From: Orbicella franksi
Lineage: Eukaryota
DNA length: 64,000 nt
Assembly: GCA_964199315.1 (NCBI GenBank)
Contig: OZ116700.1
Location: forward strand, 2,232,001 to 2,296,000
Direction: 5' to 3'
The position numbers were made by a program, and so were the translations under genes. The notes under the pieces are model-generated. The model worked only from the letters and a program-made list of their open reading frames with translations. It was not told the origin of the DNA and did not search any database. The stretch's first letter is position 1, and every line of letters begins with the position of its first letter. Below are positions 23,490-35,906 of the stretch, in pieces.

Positions 23490-26400
23490 ATTGTGAGAAT
23501 ATTGGAGTATCAGAACATGTCGCCGTGAACGCCTGATACGTCAAATGTCTACAAGAAATGAATTCGTATTTTTTTTTTTGGCTGTTGTTGCATTTCTCGT
23601 CCGCATATTTATTTTGATAAACGGAAAAAAGTAAACATTTGGCAACAAAACCAGCTGACTTGAAGTCAAATTCTTCTACGGACGTAAGAGTCGACGAGTG
23701 ACACGATGTTATGTATTTTATGGCAAAAGTAGACATACCATACAGTGCAAAAACTTTCAGCAGCGTGAGGCTTTCTTTGCGTGCATTTAAACTTATTTAT
23801 TTACATGTGATCTAAGAAGTCAAAGTAGAAATTCCTTGTCCAAGGGGAGTTTTGGGTACTCCAAGGTTTTTACGGAGAAATGCAAGGCGGTTTCTTCGAA
23901 CGAGCAAAACATGCGGGCCTGTCGAATCAGGCTGAAAATACACGCCTTGCACAGAAAAGCAACCGACTTGTTTTTTCCTGTTTTTCTTGTGCGCTAGGTA
24001 ATTATGACCGTCCTAACAGAAAAAGGTTACGTAGGTTACAGGCATAAGAGTTGAAAAAAATTAAAAGAATGTTGTTGACTCATTTCTTGTACGGAAAGGT
24101 TTATTGGATAAGAACAGAGAATTTATGTCATTGCCTCAATTTTCGAGAAATTCTTTACATTGTGAAAGATTCTCTTTGACCGCAGTTGTTTTGCATTGTG
24201 CCTTGTCTTGGACAAAGCTGTAAAATCTCTCCAAATTCGAATTTAATTGATCGCCGGAGTAATTGTTGATGGTTTTAGGCTGTCAAAACAACCCATCACG
24301 TTCATCTTGAAAACAGCTCACGGCATTTCCGAATTAGAAAGAATTTCATTCAAAACCGTGCACAAACTGCTCAAGTGTGACGTTTGTGATGTGAAAAGAT
24401 TGAAGGAATTTTGAAACCTTCACCACAAATTGCGTAAAAGAGTGACGCCGACGGCCAGGAGTACCAGGTGTATTTCAACTCATTTTACGGCTGTGTAATA
24501 CTTCTCAGCTGCAGGGTTGTTATAATACTGTTGCTTTCCAGCCCTGAAATATAAAACGAATACGTGCACTCTGAAGCCACGCTTAGATATCGTGCAGCCA
24601 TATCCCTCAGTTACAGGTAAGTCTGTCTGGGCGTTTGTTGATTCCAAGATCTTTTTAATAATCTAACGATGCTTTTCGTGCATTTTTCTGAATTTTTCTA
24701 TGGAGAATTTGGTTTTTTTTGTCAGTCACGACGTAATTTTATCCACCTCGTCTAATTGCTTGCTCCATATAGGCAAATGAAATTCAGGCTAAAATATTGG
24801 GAAAGCGATACAAATGAAACTGTTCTTCACGAAAAATTAATCATGCCAGGTTGCATTTTCACTACCACATGCATCAGTAAAAATGCCCTCTACTTACCTG
24901 AAGATACAGCCAAAGATAGTGTGGTTTGTCAAACCATTCACAAGCCCAAGTTTGACTGAAATATTAATTCTCCTTACTAACCGGTATAATTATCGTTTAT
25001 GCTAATGTTGAGAATTTAGGGATACATCAGGGGAAATATGATAACACCCACTTGGTGACTATCTAATGATATTATCTAATAAGTGGTAGATCATGATCAG
25101 TCACTTGAAGCCACTTTTAGGAAAGACCGAAAGGCAATCGGTTTTCTAACTTTATCGGAGTGAGTAATATATGAGCTCTGTTTATGCGTTTTCTTTTGTT
25201 TTATTGCGCCAAGCCTCGGAGCCAAGTTAGAATTTTAATAAATCGAAATTAGCCTACTTTCTGGATCTTCACAGGAGAGCTCACTATGCTGGTTATAATC
25301 ACGTTGTTCTAATTCTAAGGCCTCTGGGCGTATATTGTTTAGGACAGGCCACAAGAAGTAAGCAAACAATTTGAATTCCAAACAGGAAAACCACTCAAGG
25401 AGTTGCACACTCAGTCTGCGTTCCTGAAAGTCTTGTGAAAGCCGCTGAAAGAATGACTTTGAATTCTAGGTAGAGCTAAACGAAAATAGCAGGTTTCAAT
25501 AGACTTGAAATACCGAACAGAAGTATCAGTGCAGTCTCTGAAGAAACGGTTGGGCTGCGTCGACACTAAGGCAAGTGAAACATTTTTTAAAAGCCATGTA
25601 TCAACTTGAAGTCAGCTCTTTACAGGCAAAAAGTGACAAACTCTGACATAATTCGCCCAGTTGTTTACTCTTTTCGTCGATCATTCGGTGATCTTCGGCG
25701 CTTTCAATTCTTTTTCTTTTTCTTTTTAACGTTCTGCTTACAGTCATGTTATTTTAAATTCGGTCTGCCCTCTGTTAACAAAAGCCGGAGAGTGCCGACA
25801 AATAACAGTTCAGTGGTTTTCTAGAAGAATGATTTGACAAATAACAGACGAGAAACTTATTAGGAAATGAGTATGATGAGTTAACGATACCGAGGCCAGT
25901 AAAATTGGACCATTTTTACAGTCAAAAGTCTCAGTGTTGAAATAAAAGCCGGTGGGACTGTTTTAGATTCTCTCTGATGTCAGTTTGCGCTTATGATCTT
26001 GTACTTTTTGAGTAAGTGATCAGCTCTCTAGTTTGAGTTTATTAAGTTCAGTGATTGGATAAAATTGTCAAAATTGAGGAAATACTTTCTCATTGCAGTC
26101 ACAGCCCGGCGGTTTTGAGCTGATTGACAGGAGCTCTCAGAAGAAGAGTTCATTTAGACACATTCTGACACAAGGACTACAAACATACAAAATAATCTAG
26201 TTCGAGAACATTCGTTTAACGAAACCATTCATGACCCATTCATCTTTTTGTCAGTTTCACAGTGATTCCTTCAAAAAACCGGAAAACAGAACAATTTGGT
26301 TAGATGTAACTATTTGCTTTAATAGCCCAAGTTCAAGTTCAGTTCTATTGTTATCTCACTTATCTGAATATCCGTGCAAGACCCAAGTGTCTGTTTTTAA

Positions 26401-26800
26401 GTTATACAAATACCACGACAAATTTAGCCGCGTTTTCACGCAAGGTAGCTTGGGAATGTTTTCAATGGCATTCCATTCTACAAAAAAAGTTAAGAAACTT
26501 CGATTGAAGGAGACTTTTAGACAATTATGTTCAATTAAGTACGAGAGCGTTGTCCATGGAAGAGTTTTACAGCAAACAGATATCAGTTCTCTTAGTTACT
26601 GATATGTCCCAGTTTACTCCGTTTTGAAGATACTAGGTATTCTGATCGGGCATCTCCAGTACAGACACTTGCGTGGGACATGTCTGCTACGCAATTCCGA
26701 GGTTTGAACGCCCCTGTTGCCATCAAGGTTTGCTAGACTGGCATCTACTAGTACCACATAGGAATAAGACATGTTATAGCCGTGGGCCCGACAGCAACAA
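23490..26800 (-). pseudogene. Probable third NACHT/NLR relic
   Basis: Ordered degenerate motifs DGNRGVQTSEL (~26722-26693), LRELISV, WVLHGYSD (26385-26362, LDGYDE-like), QIVTSNQ (~26316-26296), VMNGF (26235-26221) and LYVCSPCVRMC (~26190). Further coding-like pieces at ~25240-25620 and 24130-24550. Many stops, and motif spacing is imperfect. Confidence 0.35.
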
Positions 26801-28449
26801 CACAACGACATTCCTACTTATGATAATGATTGGTCATAGTGGAGAGGTCATTAATAAAAACGTTATTGACCAGTGGTGACATTAATTGATGTATCTTGAA
26901 GAAAAAATAATCCAGACTTGAAGCCCTCGGGGCTAATTCAGAAAAGATCGAATTTTGTAGAAAGGTTCAGTTACAATAAATGATCTACGCATTCAAAGTT
27001 GAAGAAAACGCTCCTAAAAGACAACACGAGGCAAACTTATTCGTAAAATCAAACCAAAATGCATATACGGGTATCAGTAAGAAAAACTAGAAGACCTCAT
27101 GGTACAAGGATATGAGCATTTTTCCGATCAGTTTATTCAGTTGGTATTTGGTTTTCCTTGTGTTTGCATAAACTCTTATACCTACCTCTTCCCCTTCACC
27201 ACCGCCCCACCCTCCCCACCCCCTCCCTAGTATGGCCGGCTGGCCATTCAGTACGTGACTGTATTTTGACACAGTACCTTCCAGTCTGTGTTTGTACAGT
27301 GCATATCGCGCACGTGCTTAAACCGGTAAACTGGGTTTACATCTCGATGACAGACAAGATAGCACGCTGTAGACATTCTTACTTGTGTTACGTTAGCGAG
27401 ACTGGAAATCGAAAATCTTGCACGAATGAATGAATTCATGCACGGTCACTCTACATGATACTTAAACAAACTCATAAAGAATTTCACTGACGAGAAATTT
27501 AAGGAATTTTTCCAACTGTTTTTCCACCGTGCAAACTTCTCTGGTCCTCGATCAAAGATCGAAAAGACACAAGGCCGCGGTTTTGCTTATCTCCCGGTGT
27601 GCCCTTAATAGCACTTCGGAGATACAGATGTTTATTTTTATCTAGCGGAATGTGACAAATTTTAAGAGTTATTCTTCATCGCATGCACAACATTCAGTAA
27701 ATCTAGACTGAGAACCGTTTTACGCTTTTGCTTGAGTAAACTATCGCACGGTTAAACAAAAAAGGTACCTGAGTACGTGATATTTTTAGTTTGAGACGAC
27801 TTGATATTTTCGCAGATCATAAACCTTTTCGTGACAGTGCATGTCAAAGAAAACTCCGATTCAAAAGGTCAACAAGTGCAATCTCTTTACGTGACTTAAA
27901 TAAAAACAGGAATTGCCTTTGTTAATCTACAAATAAACACAAGCGTTCAATAGCTTTGGAATACGCATTCTTCTGTTTCCACGTTTAATATCAAATACTT
28001 CCTTGAAAGCAGATGTTGAGCATTCAATGTGAAGGGTGAATATTCCCAAATTGGATATTCCAGTCAACGTTCGCAGTGTGGAAAACTCAAAATTCTTAAA
28101 GGTACTGTTGTGGGAATCTGTTTGCTTTTAAAATGTAGGCATGTTCTGCCATTTTTCCGTGTTACCCTACTCTGCAGCTCAGTTTCAAATCGCAACCTCT
28201 TTAGTCCTGGGCATCCGTTGAATGAATCTGTCTCGGTTATTTTCCTCTTCTGAATACCTAACGTAGTTTGTTCTATTTTCCCTGCTTCTTCGTCATCTTC
28301 TCAAATACTAATCAAGTCTTGTTTTAATAGCTGACACAGCAGTTGAAAAGTATTTTGTGATATTTTGTGAAACTGTCTTTATCATTGCCTTAACTGACTC
28401 GCATATTCACTTCACAATATTAGTAAGATTCAAAGAGGTACAGTTTGAA

Positions 28450-28855
28450 CCGGGGGGGGGGGCACTCCCTTATATGGGTTATATAGGTATGTGCGGCCCC
28501 AAAAGGTAGGGACTTTCAGCCGTTTTGGTCATAAATAGGGTGTCGATTTTGGCCATGTTGGCTATAAATAGGGTATGGTTTTTGAACACTGGTCTTGAAT
28601 TGGGTGTGTTTCTTAGAAGAAGCTACTTTTTCATCATTATCAATAAGACCGTCAACAAAAGCCCTTCATAACTTATGTTTAGGCCAACTGTGTCAGCTGC
28701 AACGGACACCAATATGCTATGGAATTTTTGGTCAGGTCATAAATAGGGTAGGAAAAAATGCAGATTTTGGACATAAAGGGGATAAGGGTTTTGGGAAGCG
28801 GGCTGCACACCCCAATCCAACTTTTCTGGAAGTAACCCCCCCTCCCCCCCCCCGG
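28450..28855. mobile_element. MITE with CCGGGGGG...CCCCCCGG termini
   Basis: Inverted poly-G/poly-C ends; internal repeated ggtcataaatagggt motif. Confidence 0.7.
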
Positions 28856-30469
28856 GGAGTTTGAATCAATCAATATCAATCTTGCAAGTTGGATGCCCGC
28901 AGTATATATTTCTCTTTCTTGAAATCTGCTAGGTCGGTCACTTTAGATATAAACATGACCAATTCTCGGTTTTTCTTCAAGGTATATTTCTTCAAATAAT
29001 ACCCTACACGGTTAATCGTGCGTTGCTTCACGTTCGTAATCACATGAACGGCCAATTTACAGACTTAGGTCAAGAAGACAGGAAGATCAGTAAGATATCT
29101 CACGAGCCACAACAGATCAGTCCCAGTTAGTCTGGTTTAGTATAGTGCTTTTGAGTGGTACACCGTGATACACCGCATGGGACACTTTAGTGACAGAACG
29201 CCACATGTAATGTTCGTTATAAGAATCAGCTCACCGTGTTCTTTTGCAAATCGGCGCATCTGCCAGATTAGTTTATTTATCTTTCATAACGGTATTTGTT
29301 GATAAGAGCATGATATTGATTGCTTGATGGTCCTGACAGAGAAAATTGTGGGCTTATAAAGATACCTATAATTGTACGTTTTGGACTGTCATTCTTCGCG
29401 TTGTCTATTAAAAACTATTTTATAGTACACTAGGTGAACTTGCCCACGATGTCTATGAGCAGTGAGCCAACTCAGATCAACTCAATTGCATGTCGTCAAC
29501 CATTCACTAACTAGTATTCATTTACTGTCCAATATCGAAGCAACTGATTTTCTTTCGTTTCATTGGCTATTTCTTGCCCATGGCAAATTGCTAATCGCAC
29601 AGACAGCACAATTACTACTACAATTCCTGTTGTTGGCTGATTGATGTCAAAGAAAAATGATTGACGTCAAGGAACTCCAAAGAGATGTTTTTTTTGATGG
29701 GATTCTTTTTGAAGCTTACGTTGATTGAACTACAGGTATGTGACAAGAACAGACTGCCTTGAGAGACTTGAGAGGTAAATGACGTCAATTAAAGACGAAA
29801 GAAATTCTCATTGATTGAAAAAAATGTTTAAAGAATTATCTCCTTGGCTTATCAGATAGTTGCATGCAGACATATTGGTATTTTATTACTATTTTGCCTA
29901 GCGTGTTTGCGATGTTATGCGCCTTTATATAAACTTTGTCCCGTATCAGTTTGCAAAAAAAAAAACAATATCCCTCGCCGGCCTCTCTTGTCAAACCAGT
30001 ACTATATCAAGCTAACTTCTCTTTGGTCGTAATAGTCGAATCAGCCAGTCAGCAAGTTTTATTTTTCACATTTTTAATGATCCTGAACTGACCTCTTTAA
30101 AACGTGGATTTATTAATTTTCCTGTGACAACTAGTTGTTGTTCACTCTTCCTTTTCTGGAAATAAAATGAACAGGCCTTTTCTTTTAACACCTGACAATA
30201 AAGTGAATTTAGCGCTTATCTGAGCAATCAGCTATAGACGATTGCCTTTCGACAGCCTTTTCGCAATGTCTATACACGTCTGGCCGATTGGAACTGAATT
30301 AAAAGCGTATATGGTAAACAACACGATTAGTCAATCAGCACCTGAGAGTGGAATGTTGGCCGGGTTTGTCTTATCTCGTCTTACTACAACAACGAATACT
30401 TAGATTAGCAAGCAAGGCAATCGCCGTGGAAAGAGAACTTCTACCTAAGGTTAGCATGTAACCAGTAGC

Positions 30470-30964
30470 TCTAAGTGCAATTGATTATTTCAAACTTGGT
30501 TATTTCGAATTCCCGATTACTATTTAGAACTTCCACACTATTTCCTTTGGATTTGCCACTGCGTTTTTAGTCATTTACTATCGATCACTTCGAAATTTCG
30601 GCAATTTCGAACTGATTTCTGTTGTCCTTGGCCTAAAATCAACCCCGTTATCATATCAAATTCCGTGACCATTGGTGTAGTTCAAAAATAAATATCATCA
30701 TTACGTCAGACCACCTTAGAACATAGGTGGAAAACTACTATAGGCTTTTCATTGCACTTTTTAAAATCTTGTCTTGTAACGAACTTCATCCAGTGGTGTT
30801 GTCATCCTACTCTTGGTCAGTAGAAAAATACATTGCATCATGTTGATTACATATTAATTTAATACGTATTATTTAACGCTGACCATGTTATTTCGAATCC
30901 CCGCTATCGCGAACTATTTTTCTTTTCCTCTCAGAGTTCGAAATAGCAGTGTTTTACTCTAGTA
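30470..30964. mobile_element. Degenerate Tc1/pogo-type MITE
   Basis: Repeated ttatttcgaa/ttcgaa motifs; ends gttcgaaatagcagtgttttactctagta, related to 42549-42722. Confidence 0.45.
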
Positions 30965-33900
30965 CTGCATGATAACTTGTACATTTGCACCTTCGTTATG
31001 AATTTTGTTTGTGCTGATCTTACTTGGAAGAATTTAAAGTCAATACAATTGTTTTATAAAAACAAAACAAAAACAAAGCTAATTAAAGAGAGTCTACAAA
31101 GAAGGAAGGTGGATGAATCCTTGCTATAAATTAAGCGCAATGTTCAAACGATTATCTCTTATTCTGTTCTCAAAATCAACACTTATTTTCTCATTGTTAT
31201 TAATCATGTATTTCTTATAATTTCTCTTAAGAGAATTTACTGCTCAGCTGGTGTCTTTCGTGGGTTGATTCACTTTTCGTACTCTATAACTGCACAATTA
31301 AATATCCTATGACCTGGTTAGGCATCGATTAAAGAAGTTAATAAATTGAAGTGAAAAAGCGATTGCCACCTTGTGTAAAAGGCTCTTAATCGTCACTTAA
31401 ACTCTGTAAAGTCACAAGACTAGGTCTCGTGTGAAACAGTTGTTCCTACAAACAGATGCCTCAAATTTTTCGCATCTTCTTTGAAGCATTTCTGCACTGA
31501 GAGCTTGATTGACTGTTGTCTACAGAATCCTCAGACAGACGTAAGGGAATTTTTTCCGAATTTTGAGTGACAAATGTTTCAACATGCTCTTAAGTTTTCG
31601 GTGAAGCATGACAAAACTGCAGACAGAAATGCAGTGTCGAGTTTACTCATTTCATTTTGATTTTGAAATTCCTAAAGATAGTTTGAAAAAGTTCCTTTCC
31701 AATTATAGAACTACTTCAAAGCGCAACATATAGGTTGATTTCGGTCGGGCAATAACGCGCATTCAGCTTTGTTAAAAACCTGCCCGCGGGGTTATAAGTT
31801 AAGAGACCGTCCAATATTTTGAATACTTGCAGATTACTGTCGACATGTGGAGAGGTTTAAAGCAATTGTGGTGTCATGAACGCGCCACTTTAAATTCATT
31901 CCTTCGCATTTACCTTTGGACTTTGGGCCCAGAAGACCTTTAAAAATAATATTTACCTCTGATACTTGGACCGCAAGAACAATAAGCATCTTTCACCATA
32001 AGTTGTCGTTGAGCGTAGGATATTGTAACTGACTTCCCAAACAGTCTAATTTCAAGAATTACTAACAGTCGGTTCGGTTCCATTTCACGAACTACTGGTT
32101 TAGACCTTTTTTTCGTGACCTCACCTTTTTCAGAGATAGTTTTCGGGCTGATAATTAAGTGGAAGTTATGCTCAGGTTTTGCATGTATATATAGGGTATG
32201 TGAAAACGTAAATGATACGACAAACTCTTAAATATCTTGTATATTGGTGAAATAACGGGCAAAACAACTCGGACCGCTGGCGAGTGTTTCCAAACACAAA
32301 TGTTTTATATCTAGCTCCACAGAGAACTGGTTTTGTTTTCTTCTTGAAATGTAGGGTATTTTTTAGTTGTTACTCAAAGAATCGTATTAAAGCGAGTTCA
32401 CTAGAAAGGAGAAGAATTAATTCACGAAATGTGAACGGTTTCGAGCCGGTGGGCCCTTGATTCGCGTTAATTTATGAGGGCGACGTTTCCAATCTCGGCA
32501 GAGTGGACGTTTCGATTCATGCAAATTTAAATACACAACTAAAATATTTTTTTTATGAAAACCGCCCATGGCACATTGAGTAAGTAAGTTGATTTCAGAG
32601 CCTGAAGCGAGCGCCATTTGTTGCGATCTATTTTTACTCTCTCCTATGAATGGGCGTCATGGTTTGTTTCCTAAATTGGACCTTCCCATTCAGTCACATG
32701 TCGCGGTATATAAATGGTGACTATAAATAGCATTTGTTCTTAAGCGCGCGCGCCTCAGTCACACCCACCCCAGACCAACCCATGTGACCTGAATTTCACA
32801 AACCTGATCGGTTCGCAGTTATATTTTAAATTACCGATTGCAAAACTCTTCTACGGGAAGATTCGTCTCAAAAATAGATGAACTGTTCCATTCTAGGCTA
32901 TCAGATTGTGATGGATATAGACAGCAATCTATTATCTAGCAAGATAAATATGTGAGAGCCTGGAACTTTCTATTCAAAATTGCCGTATACACGGTATGAT
33001 CAGTAATAAACGGGACAAAGACAGAGATCAAATTAAACAATTTGCACCCGAAGAACAAAAGTGCAAAGCCTCGATACATTGTCTCGAAGTATCACCAGAT
33101 TTTAAGACCCAACAAGGACAAATAAATGCGTCGAGCTTTAATAGGCTAAAAAGGCTTAAATCAACCATGCCTGGGTATGCCAATCACAAGGTGATGGTTA
33201 TCTGTCAACGTCAAAATAGATGTTAAGTTATGTTTTTATTCTAATGTGTTTGATGCCACTCTTTCGCTCGGGTCAGTAATCACACTTGATGTGTTATTGT
33301 TACTGAAATGTTACACAAAACAGACAAGATTTTTTTTTTGTCATGTAAATGTAAAACGGCCAGTTTTCAGTGTGCCTCCAAAGTTATCGTAAAAGGATTC
33401 GAATGGAAGCATTTCTTTTCTCGGGTTGTCCAGTGTTTAAATGCTGAGGTCCAGTTCTTGTATTCCGTCGCAGCTTTACCGTAAATAATAAGCAGCACTT
33501 TTGACTTTAATCCAATCAAGCAAATCGTCTGAGCAAGCATATATTTTGCTTTGTAACAAGTATTGTTCACTTGTCTCGCGCCCTCAAGTGTGACGTCAAT
33601 GTAAAACGCCCTGAAAACACCTAAATCAACATTGATCGACATTGATTTGTGTAGCAACGTTATCACATAGTTAAACGGTACTTCTTTGTGTTTCTTTACG
33701 GCAGTCTTTGACGTCAATACAGCTTAATTTCCTTTCAAAACAACTTTAAGCAGTTGAGTCGATTTTGTATATGTTGATGAGTAGGGACGTAAAGTCTCTC
33801 CGGCGAATCGCCTACGCGTAATCAATGTAATGTTAGGAGTAAGAATACGCTCCACACCTTCACAACGACAATACCGACTTCCTGTCGAGCCGGATCTGTA

Positions 33901-35145
33901 CTTAATATGGACGTTTTGCGTATATACAAGTAACCACAGGTTTTCGTAAGATTTCGTGAAGCGTGAACAAATGTTTTAGAAAACACTTCATTCATCTCAC
34001 AGCAGTGCTGGTGCGTAGAGGAAAATTGGATCAAACGCACGCCACGAGAAAATCTTCTTATCCAGCTCAGGTAAAAACTACTCAGCTTTATCGATTATCG
34101 TCTCTCTGTTTTTTATTCATAACCAAACTAGTGAGAACGACAAGACAGGTAAATTCGGCGTGAGAAGAACGCGCGCGGTGTGCACGCGACGCGGGTAACG
34201 GCTTTCGAGATATCTTCCCCAAATTCGTGTCTTAAAAAATTCTTAAATAGTTGTACAGTGAATGCAGCTTTAGTGTAAAAAAGAACAGTTACAAGAAGAG
34301 TGAGACGCATAATTTTCCAATGGCTGTGTTCAGCTTTTCACACGTGGTTTTTTTAATTTGTGCTCGCGTGACTGGCGAGCATTGTTATTTATCGTTTGAT
34401 CTCCATGTGTGGCATCACAGCGCGAAATCATTTCTTAAGTTTGCGAGGCAATTTTCACTTTCCTTCCGCAAACCCTATCTCTTAGTAACATGTAGTGTTA
34501 GTTCACTGCCTTAAGTAGCATCAGTATCGTCAAAGACAGGTTTTAAACCAAGTTTAATCCTCAATTCCCGTAGCACATTGCCGGAAGCGAGAGAGCTACA
34601 GAAACTTGTACGTTTCCGTAATTTGTCGAACTCACTCAAATCAATGCGGAAAGCTCTCGCCATTCGCAAGACGTGTTTCCTAGGGAATTCAGACTTCCTA
34701 TTGCCCTCAGAAAAAATGACTTGAAAAAGCAATCAGTCTTGTTTTAACTGTTGATTTGTAATTCAACAAAGTTTTAAATTACTGTAGTGAGGAGGGTCAC
34801 TTTAAAGAGCCGCTTTTGTACTCCACTTCCGAAAGACAGTCAAACAACATTTCGTGAATAAATTTACGATGTTATTCATAATATTGGAATGTCGTGGTAT
34901 GTCGCGCTATTACACTGCATATTCGCGGTTTTGTCTGGCATATTCTCTTGAGGGTTGTTGCATCCTTGTGGTAAACTGATTAATTTGCAAAACGCGACCA
35001 AAAAAATAGTCATAAATTAGGGGAAACCAACGCGGGAACTCAAACAGGCGTTCGGATTAATTTGCCGAAAATGCAGGGAAAAAATGCTAAAAATTAAACG
35101 GCATCATTTGACACCAATATTTATGAAGTCTGCGGACCCAGTCAA

Positions 35146-35159
35146 GTTTCTATAGTAAC
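35146..35159. promoter_or_regulatory. RFX X-box in the LATS 5' region
   Basis: GTTTCTATAGTAAC is a 14/14 match to GTHNYYATRRNAAC, ~750 bp upstream of the LATS ATG. Confidence 0.4.
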
Positions 35160-35906
35160 CTTCAACCAATCACACAACGCTTCAGCCTGGCACGATCGCT
35201 ATGTGTCAATTAAGTTAATTTTATGTCCTAAAGGGGTGGACTATGTCATTTTCTAATTCTTTCGCACGGCAAACAATAAATTTGGCAAGCTAATCTGTCT
35301 GTCCCTTATCACGGCTTCTCAACAATTTCTATGTTTCCTACAGGTTTTGGAAATCGTGCAGGGCCAGAGAGAACCCAAGCGATTTAGCTCGGAGGGAAAA
35401 TATTGTTGAAGATTCTCCGAATTCTACACTCGCGGATCGGAAGTGTTATTTTGGGTCGTAATAACTCCCGAGTGAGTCGATACCTTGATGTCTTTTGTGG
35501 AATGTCAAATATCCAATTGCGTGAGCAAGTCTTCTCATCTTTAACAGACTAGTTTCATCTCCGCTCAAGCTTCGTTGTGTCGATATTTTATTCTAGCGCA
35601 GTCATCACAGACAAGAGAACGTCTGGGAGCCCAAATTACGATTCAACGTCAATATTCCCGGTTAGAGGTGGACAACGTGAAACTGAATTCTCACTTATTC
35701 AACAATGGAATTTGAGAATCTTGAGCTGGCGTATCAACGGAGATAATTTCATCGCTGAAGGGTCGGGCTCTTGCAAGACTTTATTTTGGGATCTGTCGAG
35801 ATAAGGCCATTCACACAGAGCTTTATTGTGGTTCGACTTGAATTCAACGCTTCTCAAATCTGCGATCACAAAGAAAACATTGACACATACATAAACTCCG
35901 ACTAAA

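Noticed and set aside
32510-32800. Possible snRNA gene suggested by the octamer motif
   Set aside because: No U1, U2, U4, U5 or U6 sequence recognised nearby.
33367-33717. 116-aa minus-strand ORF
   Set aside because: Non-ATG start, no splice support, and only a faint GPCR-like NPF motif.
34511-34732. 73-aa protein-like minus-strand ORF
   Set aside because: No ATG start, no recognisable family and no linked exons.
30349-35505. TEAD-type TGGAATGT sites at 30349, 34885 and 35498 (possible YAP-LATS feedback)
   Set aside because: About 2-3 such 8-mers are expected by chance in 64 kb at this base composition, so there is no enrichment.
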